Positions 10,556 through 19,463 of a stretch of DNA of 64,000 bases are shown here, one piece after another. The stretch comes from an uncultured archaeon. Its GTDB lineage: Archaea > Thermoproteota > Nitrososphaeria > Nitrososphaerales > Gagatemarchaeaceae. Numbering within the stretch: the stretch's first letter is position 1; every line of letters starts with the position of its first letter. The position numbers were made by a program, and so were the translations under genes. Location: positions 832,001 to 896,000 of the forward strand of contig CAWCYD010000003.1 of NCBI GenBank assembly GCA_963799775.1. The letters are read 5' to 3'. The notes under the pieces were generated by a model that worked only from the letters and a program-made list of their open reading frames with translations, was not told where the DNA came from and did no database searches.

Positions 10556-11656
10556 ATGGAAATCTGGGTCCCCTACGGCGACGTCGAGTCACTTGTCACC
10601 CTCATGCAGGAGAACCTCGCCGAGACTTTCGACCCAAAGCCCGAGTCCCACCTTGACGAGATAGTCGTCCCGCTCTCGGAGAAGATGAAGACCGCTGAGT
10701 GCGTGCTCATCTGCGACGACAAGCCCGCCACGCTGAAGGTGGTGAAGGCGCTGCTCGCGAAGGTCCCGAGGGACGGGAAGAGGTTCCTCGCGCCCAACCC
10801 GCGGAAGGTTGAGGCGGCGGTCCCGGAACTCAAGGATGGTGTGGAGAGGCTCCGAGCGCCCGGAGAGCCCGCGTCTGAGGACGGCGAGGGTGGGAAGCTC
10901 TCGCCTGACGTCTCCGGGACGGCAAGGAAGCTGGCGATATCTACCGGCGAGCCCGATCCGTTGCTGGGGTTCATCGATGCACCTGTCTCCCTCGCGCTCG
11001 CGTGCATAGACGGCGCGAGGAGGACCGCATACAGGAGGCGAGACGGAGACGGCCCGCAGCCTCTGCGGGAGGACTCCCCGAGCCACGCGGCTGTCCGTGA
11101 AAAGGCCGAGGCGGTCCAGGGGGCCGATTACGCCACGATAATCACCCGCGGAGGAGAGCCTTACTCCATCATCGAGGGCGACGCGCTGAAACAGGCGCGG
11201 GCCCACTACATGGTGGCGGAGGCTCCGCAGGCCAAGGGCATCATAGTCGGCGCCGGGGGAAAGGGGTACGACGACACGCTCTCACACGCGATCAGGCTCT
11301 CTCTGGACGCGTTGAAGGGCGTGAGGAAGGGAGGGGAGATCGTGATCGTGGCGGAGTGCAGAGAAGGCATAGGCTCCGAGGCGCTGCAGACGTACTTGAT
11401 GGGTAGGATGACAGAGAGCTTCCTGAAGAAGGGCGCCTACGTCGAGGGGCTAGAGGAGATCTCCTACGTCACCGAGCTCAGCGACAAGTACTCCGTCACT
11501 CTCATCTCTTCGCTGCCAGAGCTTTACGCGGGAGGGAGGCTGAAGTTCAGGACGGCCCGCGGGTCCGTCGAGGCCCTGGGCAAGGTCTTCTCCTCGATAG
11601 GCCGCGGGGCCAAGCTCAACGTCGTAACGCGCGCCTGTGAGACCGTGCTCCCCTAG
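10556..11656 (+). CDS. LarA/DUF2088 (lactate racemase-like) family protein, divergent
   Basis: N-terminal WVPYG, GAGGKGYDDTL, GGEIVIVAECREGIGS typical of the LarA C-domain. Confidence 0.7.
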   Translation: MEIWVPYGDVESLVTLMQENLAETFDPKPESHLDEIVVPLSEKMKTAECVLICDDKPATLKVVKALLAKVPRDGKRFLAPNPRKVEAAVPELKDGVERLRAPGEPASEDGEGGKLSPDVSGTARKLAISTGEPDPLLGFIDAPVSLALACIDGARRTAYRRRDGDGPQPLREDSPSHAAVREKAEAVQGADYATIITRGGEPYSIIEGDALKQARAHYMVAEAPQAKGIIVGAGGKGYDDTLSHAIRLSLDALKGVRKGGEIVIVAECREGIGSEALQTYLMGRMTESFLKKGAYVEGLEEISYVTELSDKYSVTLISSLPELYAGGRLKFRTARGSVEALGKVFSSIGRGAKLNVVTRACETVLP

Positions 11657-12834
11657 AGGGGGAAGGTGGCGAAGCTCTGCGGCACCGGGACGCAGAGCAG
11701 GCCGATGACCACGACGAGGACGAAGGCGAGCCTCCTCGAAGCTGAGAGCCCCGTGATCGAGTCGAGCGTCTCGCCCTGGACCTGGAACGCCGCCATCAGG
11801 AAGACGAGGAGGAAGACGACCCAGTAGTTCGGGAGGTCCGTGAGCAGCAACAGGATGCCGGCGACCCAAGTCGCTGACCTCCTGCCCCTCTCCCCCATGG
11901 CGAGCCTCGCCATCCTCCCTCCGTCGAAGAGCCCGGCCGGCATGAGGTTGAAGAACGCGAGAAGGAGCCCCAGCCAGGCCGCGATCTCGATCGGCGAGAA
12001 GATCAGCGTCCCGCCTGGAGGTATCTGCGGCATCATCCCCAGGCTCTGCGCGAGCGACAGTGTCCCCTGCTGGAGGATGCTGGGGTTAGTCTGGATCGTG
12101 GAGGTCTGGTTTGCGCTTATGAGGGCGCTGTACTGGGCCTGCGTCAGGACCGCGGACGTCCCTGCCGCGAGGAAGGAGACGACCACGGCGACGACGAGCA
12201 TCGCGATGGCTCCTATGAGATAGAAGTCGAAGAGCTTGTCCTTGTTGGCGGGCGCGGTCCCCGGGAAGCTCACCGAGCCGAAGGTCGGGAGGAAGTACAT
12301 CGTGGGGAGAGGGATGAAGATGGGGAGGTTCGGTATGTAATAGGAGAAGAAAGAGAAGTGCCCCTTCTCGGATGCGAGCCTCTGGGCAAAGTATCTCACG
12401 GCGAAGACCACCGCGAGCGCGACGACGAACCCGGTCGCCATCTCCAGCGTGGAGGCCCCCGGCGCCACCTGGGGGAAGATGAGCGCCACGACGTATCCCG
12501 TGACGAGCACGGAGAGGATGGCGAGGAGGAAGAGGAAGGTTGGCGTGCTGAGCGTGATCGCCGGCGGTCGCTTCACCGGCGCTGGGTTCTTTATCACGAC
12601 CAGGGTCGCGTTCTCCCTGTCGCCGTAGAGCTGGGCGGAGTAGTCCGGCTTCCTCAGCTCCTCGAGGAGCTTCAGGAAGTTCTGGCCTGACTTTGCATCG
12701 TAGACGACCTTGTACTCCGCGGCCCCCTCCTCGGTCACGAAGTAGTCCTTGACGGAGAAGAGCGACCTCACAGCGGCGTCGACGTCCGTGTTGATCGACA
12801 AGTGCCTGCTGCGCGTCGCCCCTTGGAACCGCAT
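11653..12834 (-). CDS. Site-2 protease (M50) family membrane protein lacking HExxH
   Basis: PTFGS loop, FNLMPAGLFDGG motif and multi-TM layout; the HExxH position reads VRYFAQ. Confidence 0.8.
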   Translation of the reverse strand: MRFQGATRSRHLSINTDVDAAVRSLFSVKDYFVTEEGAAEYKVVYDAKSGQNFLKLLEELRKPDYSAQLYGDRENATLVVIKNPAPVKRPPAITLSTPTFLFLLAILSVLVTGYVVALIFPQVAPGASTLEMATGFVVALAVVFAVRYFAQRLASEKGHFSFFSYYIPNLPIFIPLPTMYFLPTFGSVSFPGTAPANKDKLFDFYLIGAIAMLVVAVVVSFLAAGTSAVLTQAQYSALISANQTSTIQTNPSILQQGTLSLAQSLGMMPQIPPGGTLIFSPIEIAAWLGLLLAFFNLMPAGLFDGGRMARLAMGERGRRSATWVAGILLLLTDLPNYWVVFLLVFLMAAFQVQGETLDSITGLSASRRLAFVLVVVIGLLCVPVPQSFATFPL

Positions 12835-12908
12835 TAAAGGTTAGGGAAGTAGAAGTTCGGGAAGCGACCAACCTTATTTAGGACGGGGGCCGCGCGCGGA
12901 GAGGCGGA

Positions 12909-13415
12909 ATGCAAAAGTCGATCCTAGGGAGCACGGGGGATTATACTCTGAGATACGCCGAAGGCTCCGACGTCCCTAGCGTCATCAAGGTCAACGCAGA
13001 GACGCTACCCGAGCACTACTCGGAGTACTTCTACTACGAGGTCCTGAACGAGTTCCCTGAGACGTTCATCGTCGCGCAGCTGGGCAACGAGATAGTCAGC
13101 TACATCATGTGCAGGATAGAGTACGGGCTCTCCGTGATGAAGAGGTTCGGGCTTGCGAGGAAGGGGCACATCATCTCCATCGCCACGATGCCCCCGCACA
13201 GAGGGAAGGGCGTGGGGACGGCGCTTATCCAGAGGACGATGGAAGAGATGAAGAAAGGAGGGTGCAGGGAGGTGTTCCTGGAGGTCAGAGTCACGAACGA
13301 CGACGCCGTGAGGCTCTACGGTAAGCTGGGGTTCCAGGTGACCGGGACGATGCAGGGCTACTACAAGGACGGCGAGTCCGCCTACCTCATGGCGCAGCAG
13401 CTCGGTTCTACATAG
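12909..13415 (+). CDS. ard1: N-terminal protein acetyltransferase Ard1 (GNAT, RimI-like)
   Basis: TLPEHYS, YIMCRIEYG, KGHIISIA, HRGKGVG, FLEVRVTN, YYKDGESAYLM. Confidence 0.92.
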   Translation: MQKSILGSTGDYTLRYAEGSDVPSVIKVNAETLPEHYSEYFYYEVLNEFPETFIVAQLGNEIVSYIMCRIEYGLSVMKRFGLARKGHIISIATMPPHRGKGVGTALIQRTMEEMKKGGCREVFLEVRVTNDDAVRLYGKLGFQVTGTMQGYYKDGESAYLMAQQLGST

Positions 13416-14692
13416 TCTCCCTAGGGAGACGCAGCTTCGAGGCATCGACTCGGAGGATTAGCGGCTCCCCTTCGTGTTCCACGTTCCCCTTCATTGCTTC
13501 ACTTGCCTCGCCTTTCTTCCTCGAACGGTCGAACCTCAACCGCCCCCTCTGGGAGATATTCATGACCGCGACCACATCACGGTCTTGCCATCTCCCGCAG
13601 ACACGACACCACAAGTGGCGATAGTGATCGCCATCGTCACGTCTTGCCGCTTGGAGTCTCTCCCCGCATCGCGGACAATCCATTGTAGTGCCGCTCGTTT
13701 CACTTCTGGAAAGAGTGAGGGTCGGAATCCCCGCCCACCCTGCCTTGTATTCAATCTGCGTTTTCAATTCTCCGAAAGGCCACGAATTCATTTCGGCCCT
13801 GTATCTTCTGCCTCGCGGGTTCCTCTTCGAGTAGAGTCCCCTGATTCCCCTAAGATCCTCGAAGACGATTGCCCCCCTTTCCTCTGTGGCTAATTCGACA
13901 ATCCTTCTTGAGATGAGGTGCAAGAACTGCTTCACCCGGTTAGCCCTGCGGCGGCCGTACTTTGAGCGAATTTGTTGTCCTATCCTGGCATCGTTTCGTC
14001 TGAAAGAGCGAACTATCGCCCGTGTGTTTTCCCCGATGTCGACGATGGGCCCCATCTCGAAGCGAAACACCTTCCTATGATTACCGACCGTCACGTTGCG
14101 AAGGTTTCGGTCGATTCCGATGCAATCGTTGACGTCTAGGGCGGGGATTTCACTGGTTTCTTTGGCAATCGTTATGCAAAGAGACTCGGGTGTCAAGGCG
14201 AACGAACGGATTTTCGTTGACGGGTCGGACAGCGCTGAAATTGTGTGGGGGCTCAAAGATATCGATTCAAATTTGTCGGAATCAACATGAAAGATGAGAG
14301 CCTGACCCTCGACCTTGAAGCCGAAGCACGAGACAAGCAGAGGTCTCTTGACATAAGGACTTGAGGTCGGGAAGCCTCTCCTGATTGACTTCTTTCGTGA
14401 GGCCAGGATTCCGGCTGCCATTGATGAAGCGCAAGAGGCGTAACTGGCATATCCACCATACCGGCTCCGAATTTGTCTGTACGAAAGAGACGAGAGTTTT
14501 TTCATCGAAGGGGTCTGATTATCAGCAGATGTCTTTTCACATTCCAACCCGATCCGAATGCAGTCATTGACCATCTGCCGAAAGTCCTCCATGAGTCGAA
14601 GGCTTTCGGCGGTCGGTAGGAACCTCTGTTTGATTCCCTTTAGAACACGGGCCACAGGATTAAAATCGGCATTGCCCTATAAGCGCCCACAC
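13404..14692 (-). mobile_element. Solo TnpB element inserted between ard1 and lig
   Basis: Lower GC than flanks; GCTC at both junctions (13400-13403, 14693-14696); terminal hairpin GTCTCCCTAGGGAGAC (13415-13430). Removing it restores an ard1-lig stop/start overlap. Confidence 0.75.
13408..14655 (-). CDS. tnpB: Archaeal TnpB (Cas12f-like RuvC nuclease), intact
   Basis: RuvC-I GIDRN, RuvC-II IVFEDL, WPFGELKTQIEYKA, CPRC..CRVC, RuvC-III DRDVVA. Confidence 0.9.
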   Translation of the reverse strand: MARVLKGIKQRFLPTAESLRLMEDFRQMVNDCIRIGLECEKTSADNQTPSMKKLSSLSYRQIRSRYGGYASYASCASSMAAGILASRKKSIRRGFPTSSPYVKRPLLVSCFGFKVEGQALIFHVDSDKFESISLSPHTISALSDPSTKIRSFALTPESLCITIAKETSEIPALDVNDCIGIDRNLRNVTVGNHRKVFRFEMGPIVDIGENTRAIVRSFRRNDARIGQQIRSKYGRRRANRVKQFLHLISRRIVELATEERGAIVFEDLRGIRGLYSKRNPRGRRYRAEMNSWPFGELKTQIEYKAGWAGIPTLTLSRSETSGTTMDCPRCGERLQAARRDDGDHYRHLWCRVCGRWQDRDVVAVMNISQRGRLRFDRSRKKGEASEAMKGNVEHEGEPLILRVDASKLRLPRETM

Positions 14693-14713
14693 GCTCCGAG
14701 AATTGACGACCTT

Positions 14714-16402
14714 TTGAATTCGAGTACCCCGTTCCTCGAGCTCGCGGAGGCCCTCGAGAAGGTCAGGCTGACGAGGGGAAAGAACGACAAGGTCTCGACG
14801 CTGGCGGCGCTACTCGCGAAGCTCAAGGGCGAAGACGAGGTCGAGTTCACCGCCCGCTTCGCCGCCGGGAGGTCGACGCGAAAGGGGAGCGAGGACGAGA
14901 CCCAGGTGGGATACTCGACGCTGGTCGACGTGCTGCGGGAGACGACGGGGGTCACCGAGTCAGAGCTGGGCAAGAGCTACCTCAAGCACGGTGGCCTCAG
15001 CGAGACCTTCGCGGAGTTCATCGGGAGGAGGAAGGAGGCGACCCTCTTCGACGGCCAGGGGGCGGGCCTGAGCATTCTGGACGTGGCGTCGACGTTCGAG
15101 AGGATCACGGCCGCGCACGGGAAGGGGTCGAGCGGGCTGAAGAAGGAGCTGGTGAAGTCGCTCATCCTGAGGAGCCAGACGCCCCTGGAGGCGAAGTACA
15201 TCGTCAAGATCCTGAGCAAGGAGATGAGGATAGGGCTGGTCGAGGGACTGGTCGAAGAGGCCGTCGCCCAGGCCTTCGGCGGGGAGCTGGGGAGGGAGAA
15301 GGTGAAGGAGGCGTACCTCATGCTGGGGGACATCGGCCTCCTCGCCCGGGAGGCGAAGGGGGGCCGTCTCGCGGATGTCAGGATAGAGCCGATGCGCCCG
15401 ACCAACTTCATGCTCGCCGAGCCGATGGCCTCCCCCGAGGAGATCGCGGAGTACTTCAAGGAGAGCGAGCTCTACGCCGAGTACAAATACGACGGCGTGA
15501 GGGCACAGGTCCACAAGAAAGGGGGAGAGGTGAGGGTCTTCTCGAGGCGTCTCGAGGACATCACCTCCAGCTTCCCGGAGGTGGTCGAGGCCGTCAAGGC
15601 CTCGGTGCACGACCTGATACTCGACGGCGAGATAGTGGCGTTCGACGAGGAGAAGGGGCCGCTCTCGTTCCAACTCTTGCAGCGGAGGCTGAGGCGCGCG
15701 GACACGGGAGAGTCCATGCGCATCGCACCGGTGAGCTACTTTTGCTTCGACGTCCTCTACATCGACGGGAAGAGGGTCACGGACGAGCCGTTCCACAAGA
15801 GGCGCGCGATGCTCTGGAAGGTGCTGGAGGGGACGAGCATCAAGCGCGCGGACACCACGACCGTCAGGACGGCCGAGGAGATTGCCGACTACTTCAGACA
15901 GAGCAGGTCCCTCGGCTACGAGGGTCTGGTCCTCAAGGAGGCCTCGAGCCCCTACACGCCAGGGAGGCGGGGCAGGTACTGGGCGAAGCTCAAGGAGGAG
16001 CTGGACACCCTCGACGTGGTGATAGTCGCCGCCGAGTTCGGGCACGGGAAGAGGGCCGGGAAGATCAGCGACTACACCTTCGCTGTGAGGGACGGCGCCT
16101 CCCTCAAGGTCATCGGGAAGGCCTACTCGGGCCTCACCGACAAGGAGATCGACGAGATGATGGTCAGGATAAAGAGGCTCACGGAGGGGAAGGTGGACTA
16201 CAGGATGGCCGTGAGGCCCGAGCTGGTCCTGGAGGTCGCGTTCGACAGCATCCAGAAGAGCGACAGGCACGACAGCGGCTACGCGCTCAGGTTTCCGAGG
16301 ATAAAGCGGATCAGGGACGACAAGAGCGTCGCAGAGATAGACACGCTGGAGAGGGTCAGGGAGATCTACGAGGGTCAGAAGGTCAAGGCCGACGCCGCGT
16401 AG
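14714..16402 (+). CDS. lig: ATP-dependent DNA ligase
   Basis: EYKYDGVR adenylation motif, ILDGEIV, EGLVLK, WAKLK, ALRFPRI; probable TTG start at 14714. Confidence 0.96.
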   Translation: MNSSTPFLELAEALEKVRLTRGKNDKVSTLAALLAKLKGEDEVEFTARFAAGRSTRKGSEDETQVGYSTLVDVLRETTGVTESELGKSYLKHGGLSETFAEFIGRRKEATLFDGQGAGLSILDVASTFERITAAHGKGSSGLKKELVKSLILRSQTPLEAKYIVKILSKEMRIGLVEGLVEEAVAQAFGGELGREKVKEAYLMLGDIGLLAREAKGGRLADVRIEPMRPTNFMLAEPMASPEEIAEYFKESELYAEYKYDGVRAQVHKKGGEVRVFSRRLEDITSSFPEVVEAVKASVHDLILDGEIVAFDEEKGPLSFQLLQRRLRRADTGESMRIAPVSYFCFDVLYIDGKRVTDEPFHKRRAMLWKVLEGTSIKRADTTTVRTAEEIADYFRQSRSLGYEGLVLKEASSPYTPGRRGRYWAKLKEELDTLDVVIVAAEFGHGKRAGKISDYTFAVRDGASLKVIGKAYSGLTDKEIDEMMVRIKRLTEGKVDYRMAVRPELVLEVAFDSIQKSDRHDSGYALRFPRIKRIRDDKSVAEIDTLERVREIYEGQKVKADAA

Positions 16403-17952
16403 AAGGCCCTCAGCTCCTTCGCCAGGGCCTCGTAGTCGCTCACGCCGCGCCCCACCAAGCCGTCGAGGAACGCCGTCCTCCTCTCCAGCTCCGATGATAT
16501 CCTCTTCGAAGAGTGGCCGAACCCTTCCGCCCTCCTCCCCAAGCTCGCCGAGCCGTCTCTCTGGGCGGTCGCCCCATCGCGAGAGTAGACGCCCGCCCAG
16601 GTGAGGCCGGGGCCTTCCCCTATGGGCTCGATGACGCTCTGGACGAACCGGTGCCCTCCGTTCCCCCTCACCATGAACACGACCGCGTCGATGAGTCCAA
16701 GGGAGGCGTGCGATATCGAGAGCGGAGGCTGGGTCAACCTTGCCGTGAGCCCTTCCGCGTTCGAGGCGTGGAAGGTCGTCAGGCATCCCGTCCCCGTGGC
16801 CGCCGCCTGGAACAGGGCCTGCACCTCCTCTCCTCTGGACTCGCCCAGCACCACAAAGTCGGGCCTCTCCCGAAGGCTGAGCTTGACCAGGTCGAAGAGG
16901 GTGACGTCGACGCCGCTGGCCCGCCGCGTGTAGCGGGTGTGCAGGGGCTTCCATCCTCCCTGTGGGAGAGTGATCTCCCGGGTGTCCTCTATCGAGATGA
17001 CCTTCCAGTTTGGGTTGAGGACCGTCGCGAGTGCGTTCAGGAGAGTGGTCTTGCCAGAGGCCGTCACGCCGGCGAGCATCACGAAACCCTTCATCTCGAG
17101 GAGGAGCCAGAGGTAGGCCGTGACCGCGGCGTCGATGGTCCCCGAGCGGATGAGCTCAGAGACCGTGTACGGGGTGGCGCGGAGCTTCCTGATGCTGAAG
17201 GAGCTCCCGAGCGAGGTGACCTCCTTGCCCCACGTCGCGGCGAGGCGGTAGCCCTCAGGCAGGACGCAGTCCACCACGGGAGAGGATACCGAGAGCGACC
17301 TTCCGGAGCGCTGGACTAGCCGCGCGACTGCGCTGTTGAGCTGCTCCTGGTCGTGGAAGACGACGTTGCTCTCCAGCCAGCCCTGCGAGTTGTAGCGCTT
17401 GTGCCAGACCTTGACGGGCCTGCCCGGGCCTTCGCAGGAGACGTCCTCGAGCTCCGGGTCCCTCAGGAGAGGGTCGACGAGGGAGTAACCAAGGATCTCG
17501 CGCATGAGGTAGTGGGTCACGGCCTTCGCCTCCTCCTTCTGGTCGGCAGAGCTCCCGACCAGGTAACCCGCTCGCCTGAGCTCGGCCAGGAGATAGCCCA
17601 GGGGGTCGACTGAGATGACGGGCGAAGGGGCGAGCCAGGTAGAGAGGCAGTCGATGGCCTCGGCTACGGTCGACGACACCTCGGGCGTCAGGTAGGGCTC
17701 CTTGAGGAGGTAGAGGCCCTTGCCCCGGTCGTCATAGATGTAGACCGCGAAGCTCGACTTGTAGCGCGCGCCGGCCGGGGTCCGCAGCTCGTATTCCACC
17801 ATGTAGTTCTCGATGAGGCGGCCTCCGTGAGGCGGGTCGAAGGACTGTGCATCGAGCCCCTGGCTGTGGGCGAAGCCCAGCTCACGCCGGGGCCTGGCCA
17901 GACGGGCGAGCCCGCTAAACCGAGACGTCCAAGCTCTTGGAACCAAAGACAA
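16375..17952 (-). CDS. Type IV pilus assembly ATPase (VirB11/FlaI family)
   Basis: DPELEDVSC, FSIRK, Walker A GVTASGKTT, SIEDTRE, RERPDFVVLGE, TTFHA. Confidence 0.92.
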   Translation of the reverse strand: MSLVPRAWTSRFSGLARLARPRRELGFAHSQGLDAQSFDPPHGGRLIENYMVEYELRTPAGARYKSSFAVYIYDDRGKGLYLLKEPYLTPEVSSTVAEAIDCLSTWLAPSPVISVDPLGYLLAELRRAGYLVGSSADQKEEAKAVTHYLMREILGYSLVDPLLRDPELEDVSCEGPGRPVKVWHKRYNSQGWLESNVVFHDQEQLNSAVARLVQRSGRSLSVSSPVVDCVLPEGYRLAATWGKEVTSLGSSFSIRKLRATPYTVSELIRSGTIDAAVTAYLWLLLEMKGFVMLAGVTASGKTTLLNALATVLNPNWKVISIEDTREITLPQGGWKPLHTRYTRRASGVDVTLFDLVKLSLRERPDFVVLGESRGEEVQALFQAAATGTGCLTTFHASNAEGLTARLTQPPLSISHASLGLIDAVVFMVRGNGGHRFVQSVIEPIGEGPGLTWAGVYSRDGATAQRDGSASLGRRAEGFGHSSKRISSELERRTAFLDGLVGRGVSDYEALAKELRAFYAASALTF

Positions 17953-18301
17953 GGCTCATCTCCCCGTGCTGTCCAGCGGCGATCGACACCGCGCAGATGT
18001 TGCCGGGTTGGAGCGTCCCTGCGCAGTTGGTGGCATACTGGACCGTCCCGCCGTTCAAGTAGGTGGCCGAGATCTTCCCCTGCACCCACCCGTAGTCGTA
18101 GACCCAGACGTAGGAACCGCTCGAGTTCGACTGCACCGAGACCAGGGCGAGCAGGAGCCCGGATTCGTTTGCCTGACTCTGCGAGTTCGAGGAGAGGAGG
18201 TCACCGGAGCTCTTCACCGACCCGAACGCCACCGCCGAGATGCCCCCGAGCAACGCTATCGTTACGATGAGTACCGCGAGGGAAGAGACTAGCTCGCTCA
18301 C
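17915..18301 (-). CDS. Minor type IV pilin-like protein
   Basis: Hydrophobic N-terminal helix preceded in frame by RKRRG|V, a class III signal peptide motif; true start uncertain. Confidence 0.7.
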   Translation of the reverse strand: MSELVSSLAVLIVTIALLGGISAVAFGSVKSSGDLLSSNSQSQANESGLLLALVSVQSNSSGSYVWVYDYGWVQGKISATYLNGGTVQYATNCAGTLQPGNICAVSIAAGQHGEMSLVFGSKSLDVSV

Positions 18302-18317
18302 TCCCCGCCGCTTCCTC

Positions 18318-18956
18318 TCAAAGCGAGACGTCGTCGAAACCCCCGCTTGATGTGATGAGGATGCTTCCGCCAGCGCCGCTCGAGGGGACGTAGAACGCGA
18401 AGGATGTCCCGGAGAGCGGGCCTTGAGACGGGATCGAGGACAGGTCAGGAGACGACGCCGACCAGTGGGACGGGACCGTCTGTCCCCCGGGCAGCGTTAT
18501 CGTGCACTGGTGCCCGCCGTCGATCATTATCTCCTGCCAGCCTGGCGCTACGGCCTTCGAGGTCGCCCAGGTCCCGGAGATCCATGACTGACCGTCAGTG
18601 GAGACCTGGACGGAACCTGATTGGGATGCTAGGACCGAGAAGAACGTCGTGTCCCCGGGGGCGCAGAGGGAGCTCGACGTCGTGTAGCTCGAGCCGCTCG
18701 CGGCGATGATCCCTGAAACCGAACTGACGGAGTCGATGCTGAAGGAGGAGAGGGAGGTCGCCTCCGACGAGTTCACATCGACGAGCTCCACGACAGGGGA
18801 ACCGCCTATGGACATCGTGTGGTTCGCGAAGACGGGCTGTGGGGCGACGGTCGACTCCTTCCTCATCCCGTCGTAGATTATGGAGACCAATGCGAGGGAT
18901 ATCACGATGAGGATGACGGTGGCCTGGAACTGAGCCACGGCGCGGCGGATCTTCAT
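18318..18956 (-). CDS. Type IV pilin-like protein
   Basis: MKIRRA|VAQFQATVILIVISLAL class III signal peptide; Ser-rich beta domain. Confidence 0.75.
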   Translation of the reverse strand: MKIRRAVAQFQATVILIVISLALVSIIYDGMRKESTVAPQPVFANHTMSIGGSPVVELVDVNSSEATSLSSFSIDSVSSVSGIIAASGSSYTTSSSLCAPGDTTFFSVLASQSGSVQVSTDGQSWISGTWATSKAVAPGWQEIMIDGGHQCTITLPGGQTVPSHWSASSPDLSSIPSQGPLSGTSFAFYVPSSGAGGSILITSSGGFDDVSL

Positions 18957-18964
18957 CCCTAGGC

Positions 18965-19420
18965 TCAGGCCTGGATGTTGAACGCCTTGGCCACCTGGTC
19001 GCCCACCACCGTCACGGTGAACGTCGAGAACGTGGGGACCTGGAAGTTCGTCTTCACCTTCGCCGCGAGGAGGTCGCCGGGCTGCATGAGCGCCCCGCCT
19101 GAGGTCGTCGAGATCAGCGTGATGTTGGCGCCTGCGCCGGTCTCCTTGAACTGGTTCGTCGTCGAGCCATAGGTGATGTCTATCGCCTGCAGGGTGACCG
19201 GGACGTTGCCGTCGTTCTTGATGTCGAGCGTCATCGTCTCCCCGTCCATCGCGACGTTGCTGTCGAGGATCGTGACGGACGGGTTCTTCACCTCCGCTAC
19301 GACCATCTGGCGGAAGGTCGTGTAGAGTATGCCGCCCAGCATCAGCGTTATCACGACCAAGATCACGGTCGCGAGGAACGGGCTGATCCCCGCCCTCCTT
19401 GAGTTCGTTCTGAAGTTCAA
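18965..19420 (-). CDS. Archaeal type IV pilin (probable major pilin)
   Basis: RRAG|ISPFLATVILVVIT class III signal peptide; IKNDG motif. Confidence 0.85.
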   Translation of the reverse strand: MNFRTNSRRAGISPFLATVILVVITLMLGGILYTTFRQMVVAEVKNPSVTILDSNVAMDGETMTLDIKNDGNVPVTLQAIDITYGSTTNQFKETGAGANITLISTTSGGALMQPGDLLAAKVKTNFQVPTFSTFTVTVVGDQVAKAFNIQA

Positions 19421-19463
19421 CGCCCTAGTACGCCCCGACCGTATTTAATCGCCCACAGCCTCC

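Noticed and set aside
14960-16954. Long antisense ORFs (664 aa here; also 19900-21189, 24921-26093 and others in alternative frames)
   Set aside because: Shadow ORFs of GC-rich coding genes; Arg/Gly/Pro-rich with no recognisable motifs
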